A DNA stretch of 34,709 nucleotides from Conidiobolus incongruus B7586. Taxonomy: Eukaryota. The stretch covers positions 1 to 34,709 of the forward strand of contig JNEM01006774.1 in the NCBI GenBank assembly GCA_000697335.1. Reading direction: 5' to 3'. The translations under genes and the position numbers were made by a program. Every line of letters starts with the position of its first letter. Position 1 is the first letter of the stretch. Positions 24,080 to 34,709 of the stretch are shown here, one piece after another. Below the pieces are notes generated by a model, which ran no database searches, had not been told where the DNA came from, and saw only the letters and a list, made by a program, of their open reading frames with translations.

Positions 24080-26341
24080 ATGGAACCTAGTGAACCAACT
24101 AAAAAGGAAGAACTTATAGATAATTTAGAAACCAATTTAGGTGACAATGCTGAACTCAATACAGAAGAAGATCCCAATCAAACACAGGCAACTGAAGCCG
24201 AAACTGAAACCGAATCACAACAAACCAAAGAAGAACCTAATGAAAAGGTACCCAACCCCAAAGATTTATCCATACTAATATCGGATTTAAGTATGACGGA
24301 CCCGTTTTCACTACCCCAACAAGATACTTTGAAAAATTCTGAAGAAAATAATACTGATACGTCTTTAGAATTGAATACCAGTCGCATTTCTAAGGAAATC
24401 GATTTGAGTTCCCTACCAGTTACTCCTACGGAAGTGAAATTTGACGAGAGTGATATTCTCCAGAATGAAACTCAAGATAGTAAGGAAGATACGAGTTTGG
24501 AGGATCCTTTTTCGCCTCAGATTGATTCCCCTCAGATTGATAGTATAATTGAAAGGGTGGGGGAGGATGTTGAAGAAGCTCAAGTGTAATGAATACTTTT
24601 TAGAAATATTTTGTCTATATTAATTGTTATATTTTTAGTGATTTAACTTCCCCTAGTTCTATCAAACAGGATGAGAGTAATAACGTGTTGGAATCGATTC
24701 AACTTGATGAACCTCAACAAAAGTAAATTTATATTCATATAATTGTTTTGAGTGCCTTTAAATTCAGTACTTTTAATAGACGAACTAAAGAATTAGAACC
24801 ACAATCAATCGTCACTAATGACCAATTAACTGAATTAGATTTAAATACCAGTGAATTTAACTCAACAGATATTTCATTGTAAATATTATATAATTTAATA
24901 TATTAACATAATTCACTAATTAATATTTTTAGAACCAACCCTGACTTGGACAAAGAAATTGATAAATTACCCAACTTGGTGGACAATTCTCTATTCTTCG
25001 ACATTCCATTAAATGATCCACTCCATGAACTCACTCAACTCCATCTTGGAGCACATGTACCAAAGTCCAATCGATATAGTGCAAACGATTTAGCAAACGA
25101 TTTAGACCAATCGTGGCAAGCAGCCGCGCAAGAATTAGGGAACTCAAATCGCTGGCGCAGTTTAGTTGGATTCACGCGTCACAAACTCACCAACACCCCC
25201 AAACAAGACATTGACAGTATTATGAAACTGTGGGAATTTCGACTTACCGCTCTCACAAAGATCAACCTCTACCAATTAGCATCAGCTGAACTGGACAAGT
25301 GGGGATCCATTTTGGGTAGCGGATACCGATACGAAACTTATCCCAATTTATTCAGAAATCGCAAGGGCAATATGATTCCATTCTCCATTTTATTACTTTG
25401 GGGGCGATTACCCAGCTATTTGGGTAATGTTACGAAATCTTTGGACAGATTGTATTCCCTCTTAATTTATTTGAAGAGTAACTGTCATTATTCATCAGAT
25501 AACGAATTGAATGATCATTGTTTGTTGATTATTCAGTTGATTGTAGGACTTTTGGTTCATATCAAAGTAAGTTATAATATCATTATATATTGGTATTTTA
25601 TTAATTGATATGATTAGGATTATTCTCAAGCTACACGGTTAATGAATCAAATTATCCTAAAATTGGATTCTAATATTTACCTATGGTCTAATTTGGGGCG
25701 ATTACATTTAATGGTAAATATACATATGATATTCATTATATAATTATTAACACTATTTATTAGGGAGGAAATATTACGGCAGCGGGTGAAAGTTTTGAAA
25801 AATTAGAACAATTAACTCAAGATACTAAAGATCATGATATTATCTTATTAAATCAATTGAATAAGTAGTTTCACACTATTTACACAATACAATAATATTA
25901 ACATTTGATTAGGAGCTTATTATTGATGGCTCAGGGGAATTGGGATGATGCTCACAATTTATTATCGGAACTTTATCAGAATAATTTAAATGACATAACC
26001 GTAATTATTTTTATTTATATCTCTATTAATATATTAATGTATGTTTTATTAGATTGTAAATACTTTAGCTGTGAGTAAAGTTTATAAAGGACAACATGTC
26101 GAAGTAATTATGACAACAATAATTATAATGTAATATACTAATATCAATCAATTAGGCAATTCAAATGCTCCAATCCCATCTAGCTCAACCCGGCAGACCC
26201 GAAGAAGTGGGTATTATGAACTTATGTACATTATACGAACTTCATACAGATTTACACCAAAGCAAAAAGATCCAATTGTTGGAACAAGTTCACTTTAATT
26301 TAGGAGATGGTTTCCCTCTCAAAAATTTTAAATTAAATTAA
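24080..26341 (+). CDS. TRAPPC12: TRAPP complex subunit 12 (TTC15/TRAMM)-like TPR protein, 9 exons, ~614 aa
   Basis: Exons 24080-24585, 24639-24722, 24780-24878, 24933-25566, 25618-25713, 25764-25864, 25913-26000, 26053-26103, 26156-26341 splice in frame. Acidic disordered N-terminus; LWEFRLTAL..INLYQLASAEL; YETYP....KGNMIPFSILLLWGRLPSYLG..SLDRL; LGRLHLMGG; NLCTLYEL...KK...GDGF...FKLN. Confidence 0.88.
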
Positions 26342-27320
26342 ATTAATAACAAATATACATAAGAATCACTATTCTAGTCTGATTTGATAGTTATCATTTA
26401 CTCGTGTATATTGTTAAATAATTGAGATTAATTTCTATTATTAGCATTAGTAAGTTTGTTATAATTAATATTTTTATATATTTCTTAAACAAATTTAAAT
26501 ACTTGGACACATAAAGATTATATTTAATATTGAAAAATTTTAGTTATTTTAATGGGATGATTGGCTTAAATTAAATTATCTGAATTAATTTAACATTTTG
26601 GATTGATTAAACTTGAATAAAATATTTTAAATATTAATTTTTATTTTAATTTCAATCAACAATTTCAGTTTTCAAACATTTGAAACGAGTGAGTTTCATA
26701 CTTATTTTATATGATTGAATTTAATTTTAATGATATTGACCTTATTTTCTATGAATTAATGATCTAACTTGATTGATTATTGTTTATATTGATGATAAAT
26801 GCTTAATAATGAATAATTCAATGATGTCATGGTTAATTGATGGTGAAAATTAATACATCTTTTTTTAACAATCTATTTTAATATTGATGTTGGTTATATT
26901 TAGTTTAAATAATTGATTTATATATTATCAAGTGATATCATATGAGTCATTTTTCCCATTATATAGGTTTTATATTGTTTTTATAAGATTAGATAGTCAT
27001 TAATAAAGTTATTCTAATTATGAGGTTAATTAGTTAGTATTTTTTATGATAATTAAGATATTAAGAAATTGGTTTCACAATTAAATAAAACTAAAGCGTA
27101 TTTGGACAAACTTGTTTTCTCTTTCTAAAGTTTATTATTATTATTGAAAAGATCAATTTATTTAAAAATAATTTTTTTTCTTGCTTTTATTAAATTTATA
27201 ATATATTGATCTTTTTTATTTAACAATATCTATAAAAAATAATTATTTTTATTTCATTTATCCCATATATAAAATTTAACATATATATATTCAGCCTTGG
27301 TCTAAAAATAATAGCGTGTG

Positions 27321-30300
27321 ATGGACTCAAGTAATATACCGTATAATAGTTTAAATCATTCCAATAATTATTCTACCAACAACTCTTCGGAACGTAAAAA
27401 GAAACCTAAAGAAAATAACGAAACTCCCAGCATATTTTCTTATTTATTCGGTATTCATCATACTCATAACCCTAACCACAATCAACAACAACAGAACGAA
27501 TTTCAAGAAATTCACGAAGAAAAAGCAGTCAACTTGATTAATTCTCAATTATTGTCATCCCAACCCAATTTAGATATTGCAGACTCCTCAACCGTGGATA
27601 CCCATTCCAATAGTTTTAAAGAGCGTCACCGTTTAAGGTTTAGTTTTAGGAGGAAAAAGTCCAAATCGAATAAATCTTTAGAATTACCAGGTAATTACCA
27701 AAATATTATTTATAATAAAAATATTATTTATTTTATATTAGCAAAAAGATACAGTTATTGCTCTGACTCAGAGGTGAATATAGAAGAAAAACCTGTAATT
27801 TATTCGACGAAGAGAAGGGGTAGTGATACGCCAAACTCCAAGCACTTATCTAATAACAACTCGCGTAATAATTTAAAAGATATGGTAAATTTTATTTTTA
27901 TATTATATTCAATTTATGACTAATTAATATTATTTTATAGTTGACAGATACTGCGAATGGTAATATATCAAAATTTAATTTAATATTATAACTGTAATTA
28001 ATTATTTGTAGGTAAAAAAACGTTGAGTAGTAAACCGAGTACGGAATCCATAAGGAGTGTGAAAAGGAACGGTTTACTAGTTCAAGACCCTTCTAAAAAG
28101 GGCGCCAACTGGTTTATAAAAAATTTGAGCGATACCAACGAGAGTAATTTAACAGACGACGCCCTTCCAGATTCCGACGATGGTCAAGATAAATTAGTAA
28201 GTCAAATCTCTGATTTTATCTCATAAATTATTAACTTCTTTTACTTAATTAGTATTGTATTCGTGTATTTCGTCCAGATTCCACATTTGCCACTATATCA
28301 TGTGCGTTTAATACTACAGTGCCTCAACTATGTCAATTACTCGGGAGAAAATTTTTTATTGAAGATATTTCCAAATTTACCATTTATTTACAAAGGCGCA
28401 ACCTAGAAAGAGCACTTCAACCTCACGAACGTCCGATTGCAATTATGAAGAAAATGTTGGAGTCGATTGGTTACACGTCGCAGGATAAGATTCAGAATTT
28501 AGGTAGAGAAGATAATACGTATTACTTTCGTTTTATTTTTGATTTGGCTCAGATATATACAGTACAACCAGTAAACCAATTTTGATATTATATAATACAC
28601 TATTTATTAATTTCAATTTAGCAACCAGATATTCCTGACAGACATTCTGTAGATCTATCAACGCAAAACCTTCGACGACTTCCTTTTAATCTAACATCTA
28701 GAGCTCATGAAGTCTTAAAATTAGTTCTCTCCAAGAATCTGATGCTTGATTTTAGTTCTGATTATTTTCACACTTTTAGAAACTTAAAAGAGATTCACTT
28801 GTCTGAATGTGAACTCCAAACGGTGCCACCTTGTATTAAAGCACTTACGAATCTTGTTCACTTGAATTTATCTTCTAATCGCATTAAAGATATTGCTTCA
28901 GCTGGCCTTGAAAGCTTACATTACTTAACTTACATCAATTTAGCAAACAATCGCATTGAAAGTATCCCGCCGGACTTCAAACATTTAACCAATTTGACTA
29001 CTTTAAATGTTTCCAACAATCGATTCGCCATCTTTCCAGAGACGATATGTCTGATTAAAGGACTGATAGAGTTGGATATATCGTTTAACCAAATTCGTCA
29101 GATTCCACCATCTATATCCAATCTTAAGAATCTCACTACTCTAATCTTAATTTCTAATGAACTTCATGGGTCTCTTCCTTCAAGTATCAGCCAACTGACA
29201 GAGCTTAGAGAACTGGATCTGAGAAAAAATATGATCTCTGATCCCAAATCTCTTTCATCGCTGCCCAAATTAGAAAAATTGTTTTGTGATTACAACTCCA
29301 TTTCCATCTTTGAGTCATCCTTCCATTCTTTGGTTCAGTTGACTATTAGTAAGAATTCCATTACGCAACTGCTATCCCCTCAAGTACCCGTTCAGACCCT
29401 CACATATTTGAACATCTCATCTTGCAAATTAGTTACACTTCCCGATGATTTTTTCTCACTCCTTCCATCCCTGCTCAAAGTGGTTTTGGACAATAATCTG
29501 CTTGTTTCATTACCCAATTCAATTCAATCTTTATCTTCCCTAGAATATTTGAGTTGTTCTAATTGCGATTTGTCATCATTACCGAATGACATTTCCAATT
29601 TACAGAGTTTAGTAACGTTGGATCTCCATGGTAATAATTTGAAATCTATTCCTCAATCCATATGGACTCTCAGAAAACTCAATTCACTTAATGTCAGTTC
29701 TAACTTACTTGAAACTTTCCCCAATCCTCAGTTGGTGAGTAAGCAGGACGGTTTCACATCCCAGCATACTAAATCTGATTCGCAAAAGTCAGAAGAGTTT
29801 GAGACGCCGCCGCTAGCGTTTTGCTTACAAACACTATTCTTGGCTGACAATCGATTGGACGATGTCGTATTTGAGCCTCTTTCCTATCTTACAGGATTGA
29901 AAGCACTCAATTTAAGCTATAACGATTTGACAGAAATTCCTCACGGAAGCCTATCTCCAATGTCCAACTTATCGGAGCTGTACTTATCAGGCAATCAATT
30001 CACCAGTCTTCCATCCGAAGAATTCGTATGTTTGAGAGGTCTTCAAACCCTTTATCTCAACGGCAACAAACTACAAAACCTACCCTCCGATTTGAGAAAG
30101 AACAACAAATTACATACATTAGATTTGGGCAGTAACTTTTTAAAGTACAATATTACCAATTGGCTCTATGATTGGAATTGGAATTGGAATTTGGAATTGA
30201 TCTATTTGAATCTATCAGGAAATAGACGTTTTAAAATCGAACCTAATCATGCAGATAATTTCAGTGCTAAAAGTCGTAATTTATCGGATTTCAGTACCTT

Positions 30301-32503
30301 GAAAAAGTTATCAGTATTAGGATTGATGGGTGTATCTTACGTGATAACTCTGCCTAAAGAAACACCTGATAAAAGGATTCGAACCGAGTCTTTGGAAATT
30401 AATCAGATGGGGTATGGCTTAGCGGATGCGTTGGCGAAGAAAGTGTCATCCAATCATCTCTGGACATGGGATTTGGCCATTAGCAATTTTGGTAAGCGAG
30501 AAGATTCCGCTATTTTTGCGATTTTTGATGCACATATCAATCCTCTTTACGGGTCAAGAATCACTAAGTTCTTGAATGATTACTTTCCTCATCAATTTCT
30601 TGCGGAGCTTGCAAAGTTGGATCCGAATAATAGGGATGTCTCGCTGGCCATTCGTCGTTCGTTCATCAATTTGAATAAGGAACTGGGCTCCACTGGCGTT
30701 GAGGAATATAGCCAAATGGGCGCTTCAGCTATTGTAGCGTATGTGGAAGGTACCATACTCTATGTGGCGAATGCAGGTGATGCGGTCGCTGTGATTTCAA
30801 GGAATGGTGGTATAGCTCAACTGGTTTCCACAAGGCATACACCATGGAGTACCAGTGAAATCCAACGTATTCGCAACTCTAAAGGGTTAATATCACCACA
30901 GGGACTTTTGAACGGCATCTCAGAAATCTCGAGAGGATTTGGCCATTTCAAACTCTTACCTCTAATTAATGCAAACCCCTTCATCAAAAAGATTGAACTC
31001 TCCGATCATGACGAATTCATCATCCTCGCCAGTCGCAGTCTGTGGGATTTGATGACATATCAAACCGCTGTAGATATTGCTCGAACTGAAAGGGATGATC
31101 TACTCTATGCCGCCCAAAAAGTCAGAGATTTCGCGATTGCCTACGGTGCAGACGAAGGCCTCGTGGTGATGATTATCGGTGTTGGTGATCTATTCGATCA
31201 ACCTTTTCAAGTGGCCAAGCCTGGAAATTCCTTGAACAATAATCAATGGCCCGAAGGGGTTGGAATTCGCATTTCCGAGCATCGTAGCGAAGAAGCAGGA
31301 TTCTCTCACAATTGGAAGCGATCCAGACGTCCCAAACAAGCTGTCCACGGTGACTCCATCATGAATCGCTTGAATCCAGAAGTGGAAGCGCCAACCGGTC
31401 AAGTTGCTTTAGTGTTTACGGATATTAAAAACTCTACGCTACTTTGGGAGACTTTGCCAACTGCTATGCGTACAGCGATCCGTATCCATAATTTAACAAT
31501 GCGAAGAATTCTACGTACTTATGGTGGATTTGAGGTCAAGACGGAAGGTGATGCTTTCATGTTGTCATTCCCCACTGTAGCCTCTGCTCTATTATGTTGT
31601 TTATCAGTTCAGCTGCACCTATTACAAGAAGATTGGCCTCAACAAATTTTGGACTCTGAAGAAGGGAAGGAAGTGTATAACCATGGATTTTCCAATGAAC
31701 TTATATACAGAGGATTGTCAGTTCGAATGGGCATTCATTGGGGTACGCCGGTATGCGAAGTAGATCCCACTACTCTTCGTATGGATTACTTTGGTCCAAT
31801 GGTAAACAGGGCTGCCAGAATTTGTGGTGCAGCAGACGGTGGTCAGATTTGTATGAGTTCGGATGTGGTTGCAGAAATTAAAGCATTAGAATCGATGATT
31901 GGACACGAGGAATCCAATGCTAAACTCCCTAGAGACGTTCGATTGTTGAAAAAGATCGGATTTTGCATCGTTGAGATAGGAGAACGCAAGCTCAAAGGTC
32001 TTGAAAAGGCAGAAACTCTCTCCCTAGTCTTCCCAAGTTCGCTCATGGGACGTTTGCACTACACTAAACTCGACAATTTGGAATCGACTCAGACTACCAT
32101 GTTTGCTACACCTCAAACTCAGACTTTAGACCCTACAGCGATACGAACCTTGGGCTACCAATGCCTTCGTCTAGAGCGACTCGCGTGCGAAAATGTAGTG
32201 GCCAACCCCGTGTCCCAAATGGATCTGCTCAACAACTTTCTGAGTTTCCAAATTCGTGATGATGCCACTGATACTGATCTCGTCAATCTCCTCGACAGCT
32301 TAATTGTACGCGTTGAGAATGTTGTGTCAACGCTCTACCTCAGTCAAATTCACCAGCTAATGACCCTATCCAAACTAGCGGAGACGCCCAACGAAATCGA
32401 ATCAATATCCACGACTCTTGCAGAAATCCTCAAAACCATCTCAGAATACCAAGCTCACAAGAGTTTGATATCGGGAGGTCAATCCAGCGTAAGATTCTTT
32501 TAA
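27321..32503 (+). CDS. CYR1: Fungal class III adenylate cyclase (Ras-association, LRR, PP2C-like and cyclase domains), 6 exons, ~1638 aa
   Basis: Exons 27321-27690, 27742-27884, 27941-27959, 28012-28196, 28253-28570, 28622-32503. RA domain YCIRVFRPDSTFAT; many LRRs; YDWNWNWN; PP2C-like region; catalytic FTDIKNST, VKTEGDAF, RMDYFGPMVNRAAR. Confidence 0.97.
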
Positions 32504-32985
32504 AATCTATACTACTGTACTCATCAATACCTTACATCAAAACATAAATGTTTTTTACTGTACTTTACCCCTCCAAAAAATTTATCGTTAGTTATTATGT
32601 ACTATATTACTCTCAAAAAATATAGATCCCTCAAATTTAATTATTTTTCATTGATTATTATTATTATTTGGTTTTTTAATAAATGGTTATTATCTAGGTT
32701 TTTTAATTTATATTCAAATATCAATTACTCAATAAATTTCAAATTATAAATCAATTTAACAATTTAGTAAATTTAATCCAAATTTCACTGATTAAATTGG
32801 ATTTTTGTAATATTTTGAAATGAAAGCTATAAACTTTATATTATTATATAATTTTCAATTTAATTTTATTTGATAAATAATGTTGTGAAAATTTGAAAGT
32901 TTGGGGAATCCAAATTGTAGGACTATCTGAGGACAACCACTCAAAATAATGAATCAAATACTCATTCCAGTCCATGCAAAGACCA

Positions 32986-33056
32986 TGCAATGGCGGAGAA
33001 CCGAACTCCGGTCTACCGCGTGGCAGGCGGTAATTATACCACCAAACCACCATTGC
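32986..33056 (-). tRNA. tRNA-Gly, anticodon GCC; probable pseudogene or variant (A14G, A58G)
   Basis: GCAATGG TG GTTT GGTGGTA TAAT T ACCGC CTGCCAC GCGGT AGAC CGGAG TTCGGTT CTCCG CCATTGC A. Acceptor, anticodon and T stems are perfect, but invariant A14 (33043) and A58 (33001) are G, and there is no adjacent T-run. Confidence 0.88.
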
Positions 33057-33066
33057 TCATATACCT

Positions 33067-33641
33067 TATGACAATTGTTACCTGATTCATACCTTTTCTC
33101 ACTCAAAATCAGTACCAAGTCCCCAATCAGCCAAATTATGCCATATTGATATTTCGCCAACCCCATATCCGAGTGACCCCACTATTACCCATTTGCAGCG
33201 TACTTTGACAACGTTTTTCACTTAATTCAAAAAAGGACTTCTCTTTTTTACAAATAAACCTTTTTCCCTACTTCCAAAAACCGCCCTCTTAGTATACTCA
33301 AGTAGCTGTCTATAGCTCCACTTGAGTCAACTTCTATTATTCACTCTACACTCGTTCCTACTGGTATTTTGTGATTCTGTCCCCTTAGTATGCCGGATCC
33401 TTACACCACCACTGTTGCTACTGGTCTAGTCGCTCTTTTCAACGCCCCGTTTACAAGTGATCATGACTGGGTAGCCAGGAAACTGATCATTGGCACTCTA
33501 CTCCAGCTGGTAGGTACCATGCTTCACAATGTGGCCTATACAATGACTGTGTCGGTGTCCTCGATAACGCTCCAAGAGCTAATAGCCGCGACATGCTTCA
33601 TAATAGTTGTTATAAAACTAATTTTATAATTTTGATTAACA
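33067..33641. mobile_element. Solo-LTR-like insertion (575 bp) upstream of tRNA-Gly
   Basis: Perfect 5-bp direct repeat TACCT at 33062-33066 and 33642-33646. Ends TATGACA... and ...TTAACA, i.e. TG...CA with one transition at the tRNA-proximal end. CpG-containing, GC-richer island; CCAAT at 33123 and AATAAA at 33253 on +. Confidence 0.72.
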
Positions 33642-34083
33642 TACCTTTTATATTTAAACTAGTTTTAACAAAAGCCAGTAAAATTATGAATTTTTAATTT
33701 TTAAAATATATTTTCTATTCAGCTGTAATCACTAAACAAATATATCAAAATTAATAATATATGAAAATAATTCTAATATTTTGTGAATTGCTATTTATGA
33801 ATTTAATATAATTATATTTCAATTTTTTTGGTAATTTCACTTATTATATTTGTATTGATATTATTAATATCATTTTTAATACTTAATATTTGATCTTTTT
33901 CAATATATTTTTCTAGATAATTGCTACTTAATATTTATTAAAGTTTTGATTTTATTCAAAAGATAATGATTATTTATTATTTTAATTAAAAATGTTAATA
34001 AATTATATTGAATTTAATATTGTGAAAAGTTTTATATAGAATATGAAATTATTATAATTTTATAAAAATATTAAATATTCCAA

Positions 34084-34709
34084 TTATTTTATAATTTAAA
34101 TAATAAGAATTTTTTGTGATTGAAAAAAAATAAACATTTTAATATATAATATATAAAAATAAATATATAATATATAGTATAAAATTAATAATTTTTTATC
34201 ATATTTTTAACAAAATTCTAATACTTAAAAAATAATACTTTATATTAAAAATTAAAAATTGATATTTTATAAACTAATTAAATTTTCCTGTAGAAATTTT
34301 CTTTTTTATAAGCTAGTTTTTTAATTACTTAAAATAATTATAATTGCATAAGTTATAATCTAAGAAATATATTAGATATAGTAGTTTTTTAGTTATTTTT
34401 AATTAAAAAGTTTTTTCTAACTTTATATATATTTTATAATTATCATATAGAATATTAAGTTTTTTTTAAATTATATTAAGAATATTAATTAAAAATAGTT
34501 TTATTTAAAAAAACAATATAAAGTTTATTATTAATTTATTTTCTTTTAAAAATTAAATAAGAATTTCAAATATTATTATAATTTATTATAAAAATTGATA
34601 TTTACTTATTAATAAAATATTTATTTAAAGGAATTTATAAAAAAGGTTGATTTAACTTAATTTAACATTTTAATTTTGTTTTAGTAAAGAATTATATAAA
34701 AAAATTTAA
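34084..34709 (-). mobile_element. Degenerate mariner transposon, copy B (3' half; continues beyond the window end)
   Basis: The reverse complement aligns colinearly with ~589-1230 of copy A, e.g. TTAAATTTTTTTATATAATTCTTTAC vs TTAAATTCTTTTATATAATCCTTTAC. Reads LYDN at 34450-34439 and YFLDYNLCNY for the YSPD..P.DY motif. Confidence 0.88.

Noticed and set aside
2225..28621. Possible minor-spliceosome (U12, AT-AC) introns
   Set aside because: All introns I resolved are GT-AG, and none has the RTATCCTT 5' signature.
30490..31190. Degenerate PP2C motifs in adenylate cyclase (FDAH; ASRSLWD lacking the metal Asp)
   Set aside because: A degenerate PP2C-like domain is usual in fungal adenylate cyclases; not novel.
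32844..33166. Two ~70-aa minus-strand ORFs
   Set aside because: They are translations through the tRNA-Gly gene and its flanks.
33390..33629. 79-aa hydrophobic ORF
   Set aside because: Lies wholly inside the TSD-bounded LTR-like insert and has no recognisable family motif; likely incidental.
1..34709. CRISPR array, rRNA, or selenocysteine recoding
   Set aside because: No repeat-spacer periodicity, no rRNA motifs, no in-frame TGA in the intact genes and no tRNA-Sec.

Overview
AT-rich eukaryotic (fungal) nuclear DNA with short (mostly 50-62 nt) GT-AG introns. The overall style suggests an early-diverging, non-Dikarya fungus such as Entomophthoromycotina/Zoopagomycota; this is an inference. 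Nine protein genes can be spliced by hand: UBC6 (7 exons), eIF3k, ornithine aminotransferase (CAR2), PWP2, a fungal-TF middle-homology protein with no visible Zn2Cys6 cluster, a forkhead TF, a 5-exon RidA-superfamily gene resembling bacterial 2-aminomuconate deaminase (missed by the ORF track), TRAPPC12 and adenylate cyclase (CYR1). There is a tRNA-Leu(UAA) and a probably degenerate tRNA-Gly(GCC). Two signals stand out. (1) Both tRNA genes carry a different solo-LTR-like insert ending exactly 10 bp upstream of the mature tRNA, each with a 5-bp target-site duplication, which points to position-specific, Ty3-like targeting of Pol III genes. (2) The very AT-rich window ends are two inverted copies of a mariner transposon, each independently wrecked by C>T/G>A transitions, a RIP-like hypermutation signature.
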